This document shows positions 44,669 to 54,172 of a DNA stretch of 64,000 bases, piece by piece. Below the pieces are notes generated by a model. That model saw nothing but the letters and a program-made list of their open reading frames with translations. It searched no databases and was not told the DNA's origin. Location: the IMG/VR virus record IMGVR_UViG_3300047157_000140; one strand, given 5' to 3'. Every line of letters starts with the position of its first letter. Position 1 is the first letter of the stretch. This DNA is from an uncultured virus (IMG/VR IMGVR_UViG_3300047157_000140) (lineage: Duplodnaviria; Heunggongvirae; Uroviricota; Caudoviricetes; Crassvirales). The translations under genes were made by a program, and so were the position numbers.

Positions 44669-44742
44669 TGCGCGGTAGAGCAGATGGTTAGCTCGCGAGT
44701 CTCATAAACTCGAGGTCGGAGGTTCGAATCCTCCCTGCGCAC
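44669..44742 (+). tRNA. tRNA-Met (CAT), initiator-like body
   Basis: Cloverleaf: TGCGCGG/CTGCGCA, D-stem GAGC/GCTC, anticodon arm CGAGT-CTCATAA-ACTCG, T-arm GGAGG-TTCGAAT-CCTCC. Confidence 0.9.
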
Positions 44743-44749
44743 CTAACAT

Positions 44750-44782
44750 TTACAAACATAATACGTATGGTTGTGGATAATA
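44750..44782 (+). promoter_or_regulatory. Early promoter-like motif copy 5
   Basis: TTACAAA cat AATACG tatggttg TGGATAATA. Confidence 0.8.
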
Positions 44783-44808
44783 AATATGTAATCAAATAAA
44801 TAATAAAT

Positions 44809-45045
44809 ATGAGTAAAATTAAATCCGTCTACGACAACCTTTTGCCCGACGTTAAAACAGAATTGCAAGCTAGTGCTAGAAAATACAGCACAGCTAAAAG
44901 ACTAAAGTATACGCTTATGTCAAAAATGTTATGGTCAGAACTAAGCGTCTATGAAGTTAGAGACTTATTAACTTACGGTAACTTAAACAGTTGGGAACTA
45001 GATTGCTACAGTTTTATGTACGGTGAAAAAATAATACAAAGATGA
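44809..45045 (+). CDS. Early hypothetical protein
   Basis: 78-aa ORF after motif copy 5. Confidence 0.65.
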   Translation: MSKIKSVYDNLLPDVKTELQASARKYSTAKRLKYTLMSKMLWSELSVYEVRDLLTYGNLNSWELDCYSFMYGEKIIQR

Positions 45046-45257
45046 GTGACTCAGTAAAAAAATACTACGAAATGGTAGACGAAGGCAAGATAGAACCAAG
45101 ACAAATGCCTATTAAGATAGATGATAAAATATATATCACTGCATTAGAAGATAAACTACAAGACATAGCTTGGTCATTAAAAGAATACTATGGTAATATG
45201 TCAGACAAGGATTACTTAATAAATAAAATAGATAAAATAATAAATAAAGAAATATGA
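45042..45257 (+). CDS. Early hypothetical protein
   Basis: 71 aa, ATGA-coupled. Confidence 0.6.
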   Translation: MSDSVKKYYEMVDEGKIEPRQMPIKIDDKIYITALEDKLQDIAWSLKEYYGNMSDKDYLINKIDKIINKEI

Positions 45258-45757
45258 GTAAATTTATAACAGATGAGTTAGTCGAAGAAAGACTAATCAA
45301 AAAAGGTTTCGGTGAACAAGATTCACACGATGAAGAGCATGTTAAAAAAGTAGTGTGTAAGCATTACGATTTAGAAATAACAGACGATTGGTCAAATAAC
45401 TGTGATCACTATATATACGAAGAAACTACAGCAGATGGTTATAGTGTATGGATTAGTACTTACATGCAAGATAAGGTTTCTGTAAGTGAAAACGTATTCT
45501 ATTATGATAATGATCTTGCAGATCAATTTAAAACAGCGGTTTACGATAATGATCACAGTGATGTTAAGATATATGTAGATGATATACATGAAGATAACTA
45601 CTGGTTACAAGATGCCATTAGAGACTTATATGTAGAATTAGTTGATGTATATACTGATATGGTTAGAGATGAACTAATAGACGAAGGTTATGAAGATCTA
45701 CCTACTGACGAACAAACTTCAGTAGATTTATTAAACTTACTAGCAAACAACGAATAA
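45254..45757 (+). CDS. Highly acidic hypothetical protein
   Basis: 167 aa, strongly Asp/Glu-rich. Confidence 0.65.
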   Translation: MSKFITDELVEERLIKKGFGEQDSHDEEHVKKVVCKHYDLEITDDWSNNCDHYIYEETTADGYSVWISTYMQDKVSVSENVFYYDNDLADQFKTAVYDNDHSDVKIYVDDIHEDNYWLQDAIRDLYVELVDVYTDMVRDELIDEGYEDLPTDEQTSVDLLNLLANNE

Positions 45758-45758
45758 T

Positions 45759-46235
45759 ATGAGTACAAGAAGCGTAACTATGGTAGTCCATAGATCAGAG
45801 GCAGAAAAATACAAGGTAGGTTTTGCTATACATCCGTCGGAGATTAGTGACAAAAGCTATGTAAATATGTATTTACACCATGATGGTTATCCTGAATATA
45901 CAGGTGTAAACCTTTCTAATTGGGTTAACCATATGCAAAAAGTTAAAGGCTTTACTAATTTCGGTGACGCATCAAGAATAGCATCACACTTAGTTAAAGA
46001 TTTTCATTATAACTCTCAATATTTATATCCTAATGTAGACAATATAGATCATCACTATACTTATATCGTATGGACAGGTAAACCTGATGTGTGGATTAGT
46101 TGTTACAATAATTATACTAATGAATGCGTATTCGTTAATACTCCAGATAAAATAATAAGTAAATGGTCTAGAAATGATATGGAATACACAAGTTGGAATA
46201 AAAACCCTAACAATCAAGAAAAAATTACAAACTAA
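45759..46235 (+). CDS. Hypothetical phage protein
   Basis: MSTRS...YLHHDGYP pattern familiar from phage hypothetical proteins. Confidence 0.65.
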   Translation: MSTRSVTMVVHRSEAEKYKVGFAIHPSEISDKSYVNMYLHHDGYPEYTGVNLSNWVNHMQKVKGFTNFGDASRIASHLVKDFHYNSQYLYPNVDNIDHHYTYIVWTGKPDVWISCYNNYTNECVFVNTPDKIISKWSRNDMEYTSWNKNPNNQEKITN

Positions 46236-46257
46236 ATACGAACAACATTGGATAATA
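46225..46257 (+). promoter_or_regulatory. Early promoter-like motif copy 6
   Basis: TTACAAA cta AATACG aacaacat TGGATAATA. Confidence 0.8.
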
Positions 46258-46262
46258 AATAT

Positions 46263-46505
46263 ATGACTGAAAACGAAATAGAAAAACTAGCAAAAAGAAT
46301 TGCTAAACTAGTATTAGAAGGCTTATCAGAGATACAGTTTGAAGAATTAGTATCTCCTGAAACTGAAGAACAAGAATTATTAGCTGAACTAGCTACTGTG
46401 ATGACACAATTAGATTATAACTTACAACTAGAAGATTATAATAAATGTGAACAATTAAAAAGAAAAATAATTAAAATAGAAAATAAACTAAATAAATTTA
46501 AATAA
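46263..46505 (+). CDS. UVR (UvrB/C) motif protein
   Basis: C-terminal 'LDYNLQLEDYNKCEQLKRKIIKIE' fits the UVR coiled-coil pattern. Confidence 0.5.
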   Translation: MTENEIEKLAKRIAKLVLEGLSEIQFEELVSPETEEQELLAELATVMTQLDYNLQLEDYNKCEQLKRKIIKIENKLNKFK

Positions 46506-46506
46506 T

Positions 46507-47361
46507 ATGATTAAACCAATGCTCGCATACAAAGTAGACAAAAAACCTGTCGACTGGTCCGAGAAAGTATACATTCAACCTAAGCTTGATGGCGTAAGGT
46601 GTGTTATATACGTTGACGACAAAGAAAACATTAGATGTTTCTCACGTACAGGTAAAGAATTTCACAATCTTGAACACATTAAACTATCGTTAAACAAATT
46701 TTTCTTTGACTATGCTAATGTAGATGTTGTACTCGACGGCGAATTATACAACCATGATCTTAAAGATGACTTCGAAAAGATTATATCATTAGTTAGAAAA
46801 CAAAAACCAACTGATGCTGATAAAGCTGAAGCTGAAAGGTTAATACAATTTCACTGCTATGACTATATAGAAACAGTTATGGACAAACCTTATAGTTACA
46901 GGTCTGATCAACTAGCTTGTTCTGATATGTATAACTACTGTATTAAATACGTAGAAACTACTCTAGTTAATTCTAAAGACTCTGCACAGTTAAGACATCA
47001 GTATAATCTAAATAACGGTTACGAAGGTTCTATACTACGTCTAGACAAACCCTATCAGCAGAAACGTTCTTATAACTTACAAAAGTTTAAAGACTTTTCA
47101 GACACTGAAGCTACAATTGTAGGTTACGAAGCAGGTAAAGGTAAACGCACGGGCACGCTAGGTAAATTTTTAATGCAAGATGATGACGGTAACAAATTTG
47201 GTTGCCCTCCAGGTAAAGGCTACAACTATGAAGATTTAGCTAATATATTAAATAACATTCATGACTACATAGGTAAGCGAGCTACGTTTACTTATTTCGA
47301 ACGTACTCAGTACGGTAGTTACAGACATCCATTATTTAAAACTATTCGTAACTATGAATAA
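46507..47361 (+). CDS. ATP-dependent DNA ligase
   Basis: Motif I QPKLDGVR, LDGELY, GYEGSILR, LQKFK and an OB domain. Confidence 0.92.
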   Translation: MIKPMLAYKVDKKPVDWSEKVYIQPKLDGVRCVIYVDDKENIRCFSRTGKEFHNLEHIKLSLNKFFFDYANVDVVLDGELYNHDLKDDFEKIISLVRKQKPTDADKAEAERLIQFHCYDYIETVMDKPYSYRSDQLACSDMYNYCIKYVETTLVNSKDSAQLRHQYNLNNGYEGSILRLDKPYQQKRSYNLQKFKDFSDTEATIVGYEAGKGKRTGTLGKFLMQDDDGNKFGCPPGKGYNYEDLANILNNIHDYIGKRATFTYFERTQYGSYRHPLFKTIRNYE

Positions 47362-47528
47362 ATTTAAAATTAATCCTAAGCAAGTTGCTATTGGTTTTAT
47401 ATTATTCTTAATAATATGTAAATGGCTAAGTTAATATACCAATTATACAACGATAACATGATAAGCGAAGAGGTAGTACACTTATTATTAGACGCTCATT
47501 ATAATAGAGTAAACAAAACTAGATACAG

Positions 47529-48053
47529 ATGAATATATTTTATTTAGATAAAGATCCAGTAAAAGCTGCGCAAGTACAATATAACAAGCATGTTGTGAAG
47601 ATGATATTAGAATCAGCCCAAATGCTTTGCACTGCGCATCATCATTATGCTGAAGAGGTTGGGTATGACAATAGCTATATACCCTATAAAAAAGCTCATT
47701 ACAATCACCCATCTACAATATGGACTAGACAAAACAGTAGGCAATATTACTGGTTATTTCAACATATGTTAGCATTGGGTAATGAGTATACTAAAAGATA
47801 TGACAAAAAGCATTTAAGTATAACTAAATGTTTTGATGCTTTAAAAAATTGTCCTGTCGGTATGCCTTTAGGTGGTAAATTTAATCAACCACCACAAGCT
47901 ATGCCAGATGAATATAAGCGTGATTGTGCTATACACGCTTACTGGTTGTACTATGTACACGAAAAGAAAAACATAGCGCATCACAAAGAAACATTATATG
48001 ATACTAAATACATTGAAAATGTTGTTGGTTACAGCAACAATATACCATGCTGA
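47529..48053 (+). CDS. Pyrimidine-dimer DNA glycosylase (DenV-like) family protein
   Basis: MNIFYLDKDP...KHVVKMILESAQML...HYNHPSTIW. Confidence 0.7.
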   Translation: MNIFYLDKDPVKAAQVQYNKHVVKMILESAQMLCTAHHHYAEEVGYDNSYIPYKKAHYNHPSTIWTRQNSRQYYWLFQHMLALGNEYTKRYDKKHLSITKCFDALKNCPVGMPLGGKFNQPPQAMPDEYKRDCAIHAYWLYYVHEKKNIAHHKETLYDTKYIENVVGYSNNIPC

Positions 48054-48339
48054 TCCTGCTCAATGCAATGCAGACTATTTAACTACAGCTTCATTAAAAA
48101 CTATTAATGAGGCTAATCCTCAAGGTCATCGCTGGATAGCGGTATCTAGAGATCTAGAACAACACGGTTTTGTGTTTGGTACTAGAGTTTGTGTTGAAGG
48201 AGCGGGACAGTTAGATGGTGAATGGACGATAGAAGATAGAATGAACAAAAGATGGACCAATAGAATAGACTTTTTAGTTAACAAAGAATTAAAAGGTGGT
48301 AAATGGAATAACGTAAAAATAACAATTATAGATGAGTAG
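47998..48339 (+). CDS. 3D-domain (MltA-like) cell-wall protein
   Basis: TATIYH...TAS...IAVSRDL...FGTRV...EDRM...RIDF. Confidence 0.65.
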   Translation: MILNTLKMLLVTATIYHADPAQCNADYLTTASLKTINEANPQGHRWIAVSRDLEQHGFVFGTRVCVEGAGQLDGEWTIEDRMNKRWTNRIDFLVNKELKGGKWNNVKITIIDE

Positions 48340-48437
48340 AAAACAAGCAATACATTTAATTAATACAAATGCCTTTGGCATCAAAGATAAAATTAAAAAT
48401 TTTATTAAACCAAAAACTAAACCTAAAAAGAAAGGAC

Positions 48438-48484
48438 TGTGACAACAGCCCTTAAAGATTAATAAGTAATAAGCAAATGTCACA
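48438..48484. promoter_or_regulatory. Inverted-repeat site TGTGACA-N33-TGTCACA (copy 2), overlapping the ATG at 48477
   Basis: Same arms and spacing as 41276-41322. Confidence 0.75.
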
Positions 48485-49115
48485 CGAAAGAAACATAAAA
48501 TGGCTAAATGATAGACGCGTGGTTTATAGAAGATTTCCTATAAGCGATACGCCTACTGTTGAGACAGATAAATACATGTTCTTTGAAGACGGTACTTACG
48601 AAAACTATTCTCTATTTAATACTAAAGCTAAGATCACAACTTACAAGTCACTGAAGTGGCATATGCTTGTTTTATATTATTTAAACATAGATGGTATAGA
48701 AGGTGACATTGTGTCACTTGAAGATGACATGAGATCTATATTTAATTTTATAGCAAACAAAGAAAATGGATTTGTAACTTTTTTTATAAAACAAACAGTG
48801 TTGAACGACATGATAACAAGTGTCTTTAATCAAGGTGGTGATATACCTAAGAATAAAATGCGTAAAGTAATATTTAAGGACTATAGCGGTTTAACTCCTG
48901 AACAGAAAATGTCAATCGTTGGCAAACTAATAGGAAGAGCATGCAAAGTAGATCAAGAATCTATTTATCAGACAATGTTAGATTTAAATGACTTCGGTAA
49001 GAAAATCACAATTGCTAGAATAGCAGGTCTACTTGATTGCTCCTCAAGAACAATTTATAGAAACATGAACAAAGAATTAACACATGAAAAAATACTATTA
49101 AATGAAGAAGTATAA
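48477..49115 (+). CDS. C-terminal HTH DNA-binding protein (candidate replication initiator/regulator)
   Basis: ITIARIAGLLDCSSRTIYRNM helix-turn-helix. Confidence 0.65.
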   Translation: MSHERNIKWLNDRRVVYRRFPISDTPTVETDKYMFFEDGTYENYSLFNTKAKITTYKSLKWHMLVLYYLNIDGIEGDIVSLEDDMRSIFNFIANKENGFVTFFIKQTVLNDMITSVFNQGGDIPKNKMRKVIFKDYSGLTPEQKMSIVGKLIGRACKVDQESIYQTMLDLNDFGKKITIARIAGLLDCSSRTIYRNMNKELTHEKILLNEEV

Positions 49116-49860
49116 CATACAAAACTACATAAGGTATAAAGAAGATTTAAAATCATCTTTAGCTTTATTAGAAGGTAAAAGCTACAAAGACTGCACAAGA
49201 AAAGAATTAATAACTAAATTCTTACCATTAGTAGAAAGTTTAGCTAGAAAGTTTTCAACAAGTCAACAGGCTTCAGGCGTTCAAAGTATAATGGATTTAA
49301 TTCAATCAGGATCATCTGGTTTAACTAAAGCTGTAGATAGATTAGACTGGGAAACATTAGAAAAATCAGAAGACGTAGAGAAAACATTAAAAAGCTTTTT
49401 TAGTAAAAGAATAAAAGGAGCTATAAGAAGATCAATAGATATAAATAGAGGTGATATACGTATACCAGAGCACAAGCTTAATGAAATACGAAAAAACTTT
49501 GGTAAAGACGAAAAGATGGTTGCTTTGTTTTTTAATTCTATATTTTTAAGTATAGACGAAAAGCCAAACAATGACGATAACCCTATATATGATATACCTG
49601 ACAAATCAGAGCCATACAATCAACAGTTATTAAACATATACTTAACTGGTTTGCTTAAAAAACATTTAAACGAATTAGAGTATCAAATATTAAGATTAAG
49701 TTACGGTTTAGACTGTGATAAACACGCGGCGAAAGATATTGCCAAAATACTAAACATACAAGGTAGTAGTTCTTACGTTAGAGTTTCTCAGCTAAAAAAA
49801 CAAGCTGTAGACAAACTAATATTATCTGTAGATCACTCGCAAGTGCTTGATTACCTGTAG
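49102..49860 (+). CDS. Phage sigma-70-family factor
   Basis: Region 2 'LPLVESLARKF...DLIQSGSSGLTKAVDR...RIKGAIRR...IRIPEH'; region 4 'ILRLSYGL...KDIAKIL...RVSQLKKQAVDKL'. Confidence 0.88.
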   Translation: MKKYNIQNYIRYKEDLKSSLALLEGKSYKDCTRKELITKFLPLVESLARKFSTSQQASGVQSIMDLIQSGSSGLTKAVDRLDWETLEKSEDVEKTLKSFFSKRIKGAIRRSIDINRGDIRIPEHKLNEIRKNFGKDEKMVALFFNSIFLSIDEKPNNDDNPIYDIPDKSEPYNQQLLNIYLTGLLKKHLNELEYQILRLSYGLDCDKHAAKDIAKILNIQGSSSYVRVSQLKKQAVDKLILSVDHSQVLDYL

Positions 49861-49922
49861 TTTAAGTGATTAAATATTAAATAATATATGTAATTATACT
49901 AATAAGAAAAAACCATAAACCA

Positions 49923-50465
49923 ATGACTATAAACGAAAAGCTGGCTACAATCCAGACAAAATTTAAATCGAAAAAAAGTAGATTTAATTCCTTTGGCAAA
50001 TACAACTTCAGATCAGCCGAAGACATTCTCGAAGCAACAAAACCCTTTCTATTAGAGTTAGGAGTTACAGTAACAATTAATGAAGAGATCATTAGTGTTG
50101 ACCCTTTACCTATGATGCAGTCTACTGCTTCTGTAAGTGATGGTGATAATGCTATACACGCTACTGCTATAGTCGGTGTAGACTTAAATCAAAAAGGTAT
50201 GAACGTACCTCAACAGTTTGGTTCCGCATCCTCTTATGCTAAAAAATATGCGTTAGGTAATTTATTCTTAATTGATGACACAGCGGACAGCGATGCTACT
50301 AATGATCATGGTAAAAAGAAGTTTGCGCCAAAAACTAAAACCTCAATAACAGCAGATCAGTTAGCAAAAGCTAAAGACTATGTTAAAGCTGGAGGTAAAA
50401 TAGAAGCTATAAAAGCTAAATATGCTTTGTCTAAAGAAGCAGAGCAAGAACTAACAACATTATAG
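49923..50465 (+). CDS. erf: ERF-family ssDNA-annealing recombinase
   Basis: FGKYNFRSAEDI...QQFGSASSYAKKYALGNLFLIDD..DSD. Confidence 0.88.
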   Translation: MTINEKLATIQTKFKSKKSRFNSFGKYNFRSAEDILEATKPFLLELGVTVTINEEIISVDPLPMMQSTASVSDGDNAIHATAIVGVDLNQKGMNVPQQFGSASSYAKKYALGNLFLIDDTADSDATNDHGKKKFAPKTKTSITADQLAKAKDYVKAGGKIEAIKAKYALSKEAEQELTTL

Positions 50466-51197
50466 ATGAAAAAAGAAGATGTGTTAAAACAATTAGAAAA
50501 TGACAAGCATTACTACGGTGACTTTGGTAAAAAGTATCTTAGTAACTCTGACATTTCTACTTTATTAACAAATCCTTTAGCGCTAGGTCAACCATCAAAG
50601 CAGATACCTGCATTTTTAGTTGGCGGTTATTTTCATACTGCGATACTAGAACCTGAAAAGCTTAAAAACTTTAAAGTTGTAGAATCAACAAGTAGAAACT
50701 CTAAAGCGTATAAAGAGATCTCAGGTGGAGAATTATGTTTATTGCAAAACGAAGTAGATAAGATAGAACTGATGACAGATAAAATGATGTCAAACGAAGT
50801 TTGTAGAGATCTTATACGTGGTAGTAACATAGAATATGAACGACCAGGGATTACAGAGCTTGAAGGCGAGATGTGGAAAGGTAAAGCTGATATTATAAAC
50901 CATGATGAAAAGCTGATCATTGATTTGAAGACGACAGCAGACATTACAAAGTTTAAATACTCAGCATCCAAGTATAATTACGACTCACAAGCTTATATTT
51001 ATAGTAAACTGTTTGGTTATGAAATGTTGTTTATAGTTATAGATAAAACAACTCACCAAATAGGTATTGTTTGACTGCTCACCTCAATTTTATGAAAAAG
51101 GTGCTGATAAAGTTCAACAAGCGGCAGAACAATATAAATTATTTTTTAAAACAGAGGATTTGATCCTCAACAGTTTTTTTTAACTAAAACCCTTTAA
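50466..51197 (+). CDS. PD-(D/E)xK exonuclease, RecE/ExoVIII-like (3' indels)
   Basis: LSNS, FHTAILEP, KGKADI, IIDLKTT, YDSQAYIY; adjacent to ERF. Confidence 0.8.
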
Positions 51198-51382
51198 AAA
51201 CCTAAATATGGCAAGAAAAAGAACAACAAAAAGATTATGTACAGTATCAGGAATAACTACAAGCACAGATAATTTCTATGCTAACCAAACACATGTTAAA
51301 GCTGTAGATAACTTAAGAAGAAACTCTGGTGCAACTAAAGACCAGATAGCAAGAATGTTTAACCAAGTAAACGCATATTAAT

Positions 51383-51697
51383 ATGGCATCAATAATTAAA
51401 GCTAGTATTAACCTTAATGAAATACCTAAAGATAAGATCTATGTAGGTAAAAAAGGTAAATACTTACCAATTACAATAACCTTGAATGACGAGCTAGATC
51501 AGTTTGGTAATCAAGGCCCTGTAGTTGTAGAACAATCAAAAGAAGAAAGGGAGGCTAAAGTAGCTAAAACTTACCTTGGTAATGTTAAAGTGGTGTGGAC
51601 AAACGGTGATAACGTAGCCGCAGCACCTAAACAAGACCAACAAGCTCAAGCGGCACCAGTTGCAGCGGTTGCTCCAGCAGATGATTTACCGTTTTAG
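51383..51697 (+). CDS. Single-stranded DNA-binding protein
   Basis: 104 aa ending in DDLPF, within the recombination/replication block. Confidence 0.7.
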   Translation: MASIIKASINLNEIPKDKIYVGKKGKYLPITITLNDELDQFGNQGPVVVEQSKEEREAKVAKTYLGNVKVVWTNGDNVAAAPKQDQQAQAAPVAAVAPADDLPF

Positions 51698-51800
51698 TGG
51701 AGTGTGAAATGTGTGGGCAAGGAATGACGCAGGACGAATATATGTTCTGGACATTTGCCCTGACTGTAGAGACGGAAATTAATTAAATAAAATTAAATCA

Positions 51801-53471
51801 ATGCAGACAACAGAGATCAATGGATTCTTGATTGATGGTTCAATCAATATGGCCTAGAAGAGAAGACACAGGGTATATGTCCCCTGTGTTCTCACGATAG
51901 GAAACCTAAAACCAAAAAGCTTAAATGTGCTAGCTATGATTGGGAACGTGGTCTCGGTACCTGTCACAACTGTGACACTAGTTTTCAACTTCATACTTAC
52001 CAACGTAAAGGTGCTAGCGAAAGAGTCTATGTAAGACCTGATGCAATAGAGCAGTTTGACGATGTAAGTACGAATGTTGAGACATGGTTTGGTACAAGAG
52101 GTATATCAAAGAAAACACTGCAAGACTTACAGGTTACTGAAGGTCAAGAGTGGATGCCTCAAACTAGTAAGATGGAAAATACCATACAGTTTAATTACTT
52201 TATGGGTGATCAACTTATTAATGTTAAATATAGAGACGGTAGAAAAAACTTCAAGTTATACAAAGGTGCTGAAAAAGTATTTTACAATATTAATAGTATT
52301 GTAGGTTATGATGAATGTATAATTGTTGAAGGTGAAATGGATGTGTTAGCTTTGCACGAAGCTGGTATTAAAAATGTAATATCAGTACCTAACGGTGCTA
52401 CACTAAATTCTAACAACCTAGATTATCTTAGATAATTGTATTGATTATTTTGAAGATAAAGACTAAGGTTATACTTGCAGTTGATGCTGATGAAGCCTGG
52501 TCAAGCTTTAAAGCAAGAGTTTATACGTAGACTCGGTGCTGAGGTTTGTTACACTTGTAGATTTTGATGACTGTAAAGATTCAAATGACTATTTAATTGA
52601 ACATGGTGCTGATGCCTTACGTTCTGCTATACACGCTGCAAAGCAAGTACCGCTAGAAGGTGTTAGTACATTATACGATATACGAAGATGAACTTAAAGA
52701 CTTTGTTAAAAATGGATTTAAACCTGGGTTTCAAGTCGGGCTTAAAAACTTTGATGAAATATTTTCGACATACACTGGTCAGTTTATTACGGTTACTGGC
52801 ATCCCTAGTAGTGGTAAGTCTGACTTTGTTGATCAAATGTGTGTTGGATATAATACAAACTATGGATGGAAGACTGCATTTGCGTCTCCGGAAAATGCTC
52901 CAACATATCTTCACGCACATAAGTTAATGCGTAAGGTTTGGCAAGGTATGCCTTCACCTAGCAGATATAGATGGTGAACAATGGAATAAGTTGCAGACCA
53001 CGTAAACGATAATTTCTTTTTCATTGACATGGAAAGATATACTCTTGACCATGTACTACGTAAAGGCGCTGAGCTTGTTAAACGTAAAGGTATTAAATGT
53101 TTAGTCATTGATCCTTTTAATAAGGTTAGAGATGTTAATTGTAAGACTGAAGATGTTAATAGGTATACAATGGAATATCTAACTAAGATAGAAGTATTTG
53201 CTAAAAAGTATGATGTATTAGTATTTATAGTTGCGCACCCTACAAAGATGTACAAGGCTCTGATGGTAAAATAGAAGAACCTACAATGTATAATATTAAA
53301 GGTGGTGGTGAATGGTACGATGCTAGTTATCATGGTTTATTAGTACATAGAGATTATGATGCTAAAACTGTTAAAGCTAAAGTATTAAAAGTTAAGTTTC
53401 AAAACCTCGGTGAAAACGGTGCTGAAGCTTTTTTAAATGGGAACACAAATCAGGTTGCTTTATACCTTTGA
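51801..53471 (+). CDS. Primase-helicase, T7 gp4/Twinkle-like (frameshifted)
   Basis: Zn finger CPLC..CHNC, TOPRIM IVEGEMD, Walker A GIPSSGKS, Walker B LVIDP and VAHP. Confidence 0.88.
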
Positions 53472-53527
53472 TTCAAGAGAGTTATGGAGCACTATTTTTA
53501 AATATTACAAATACTATTACGAAAAAT

Positions 53528-54169
53528 ATGAAAAAAACATATGATAATGCTAATGAAGCTTACGAAGATCTTCTACACGAAGCAATAACAGAAGGTGTAG
53601 ATTTCGATGACACAAAAGCTTTATTTAATTGTGGTTTTACTATTACAAACCCACAAGATAATTGGATAACAAATAAAGAACGTAAATGGAGTTTAGAATA
53701 CGCTGAAGCTGAGTGGGCTTGGTATTTGTCTGGTGATCCTAGTATTGATAAGCTAGGAGAAATATACGGTAAGATACCACCGATATGGGAACGTATGGCA
53801 AACAGCGATAGAAAAGTAAACTCTAATTACGGTTATCAATGGAAAAGAAATAATCAAATAGATTATGTTGTTGCAAAGTTAAGACAAAACAAAAACACAA
53901 GGCACGCTGCTATAAGTATATACGATGCTAAGGAATATGAAGATTACAGGAAAGATACACCGTGCACTTATGCTATACAGTTTACTATCGTAGACAATAA
54001 ACTTTGTATGTCTGTCTATATGCGTTCTAATGACATCTGGTACGGTTTCTGTAATGATCAATATCAATTTTCATCTTTACAAAAACTAATTGCTGGACGT
54101 CTTAATTTAGATACTGGATGGTATTACCATCACGCGCACAACATGCATCTATATAACAACAAACTATAA
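53528..54169 (+). CDS. ThyA-fold enzyme, dCMP (hydroxy)methylase-like
   Basis: DTPCT catalytic Cys, MRSNDIWYGFCND and NMHLY. Confidence 0.8.
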   Translation: MKKTYDNANEAYEDLLHEAITEGVDFDDTKALFNCGFTITNPQDNWITNKERKWSLEYAEAEWAWYLSGDPSIDKLGEIYGKIPPIWERMANSDRKVNSNYGYQWKRNNQIDYVVAKLRQNKNTRHAAISIYDAKEYEDYRKDTPCTYAIQFTIVDNKLCMSVYMRSNDIWYGFCNDQYQFSSLQKLIAGRLNLDTGWYYHHAHNMHLYNNKL

Positions 54170-54172
54170 AAT

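Noticed and set aside
41643..44760. Reverse-strand TAnnTTTG (Bacteroidota -7 box) inside the early motif
   Set aside because: Present in only four of six copies and pointing away from the downstream genes; probably incidental to TTACAAA
41640..46257. Repeated 33-bp motif as a CRISPR array
   Set aside because: Copies are 0.7-1.5 kb apart with genes between them and variable internal positions; no cas genes
53468..53527. N-terminal extension of the ThyA-fold protein from a TTG start
   Set aside because: ATG at 53528 is the better start; the upstream bases look like a corrupted junction with the helicase end
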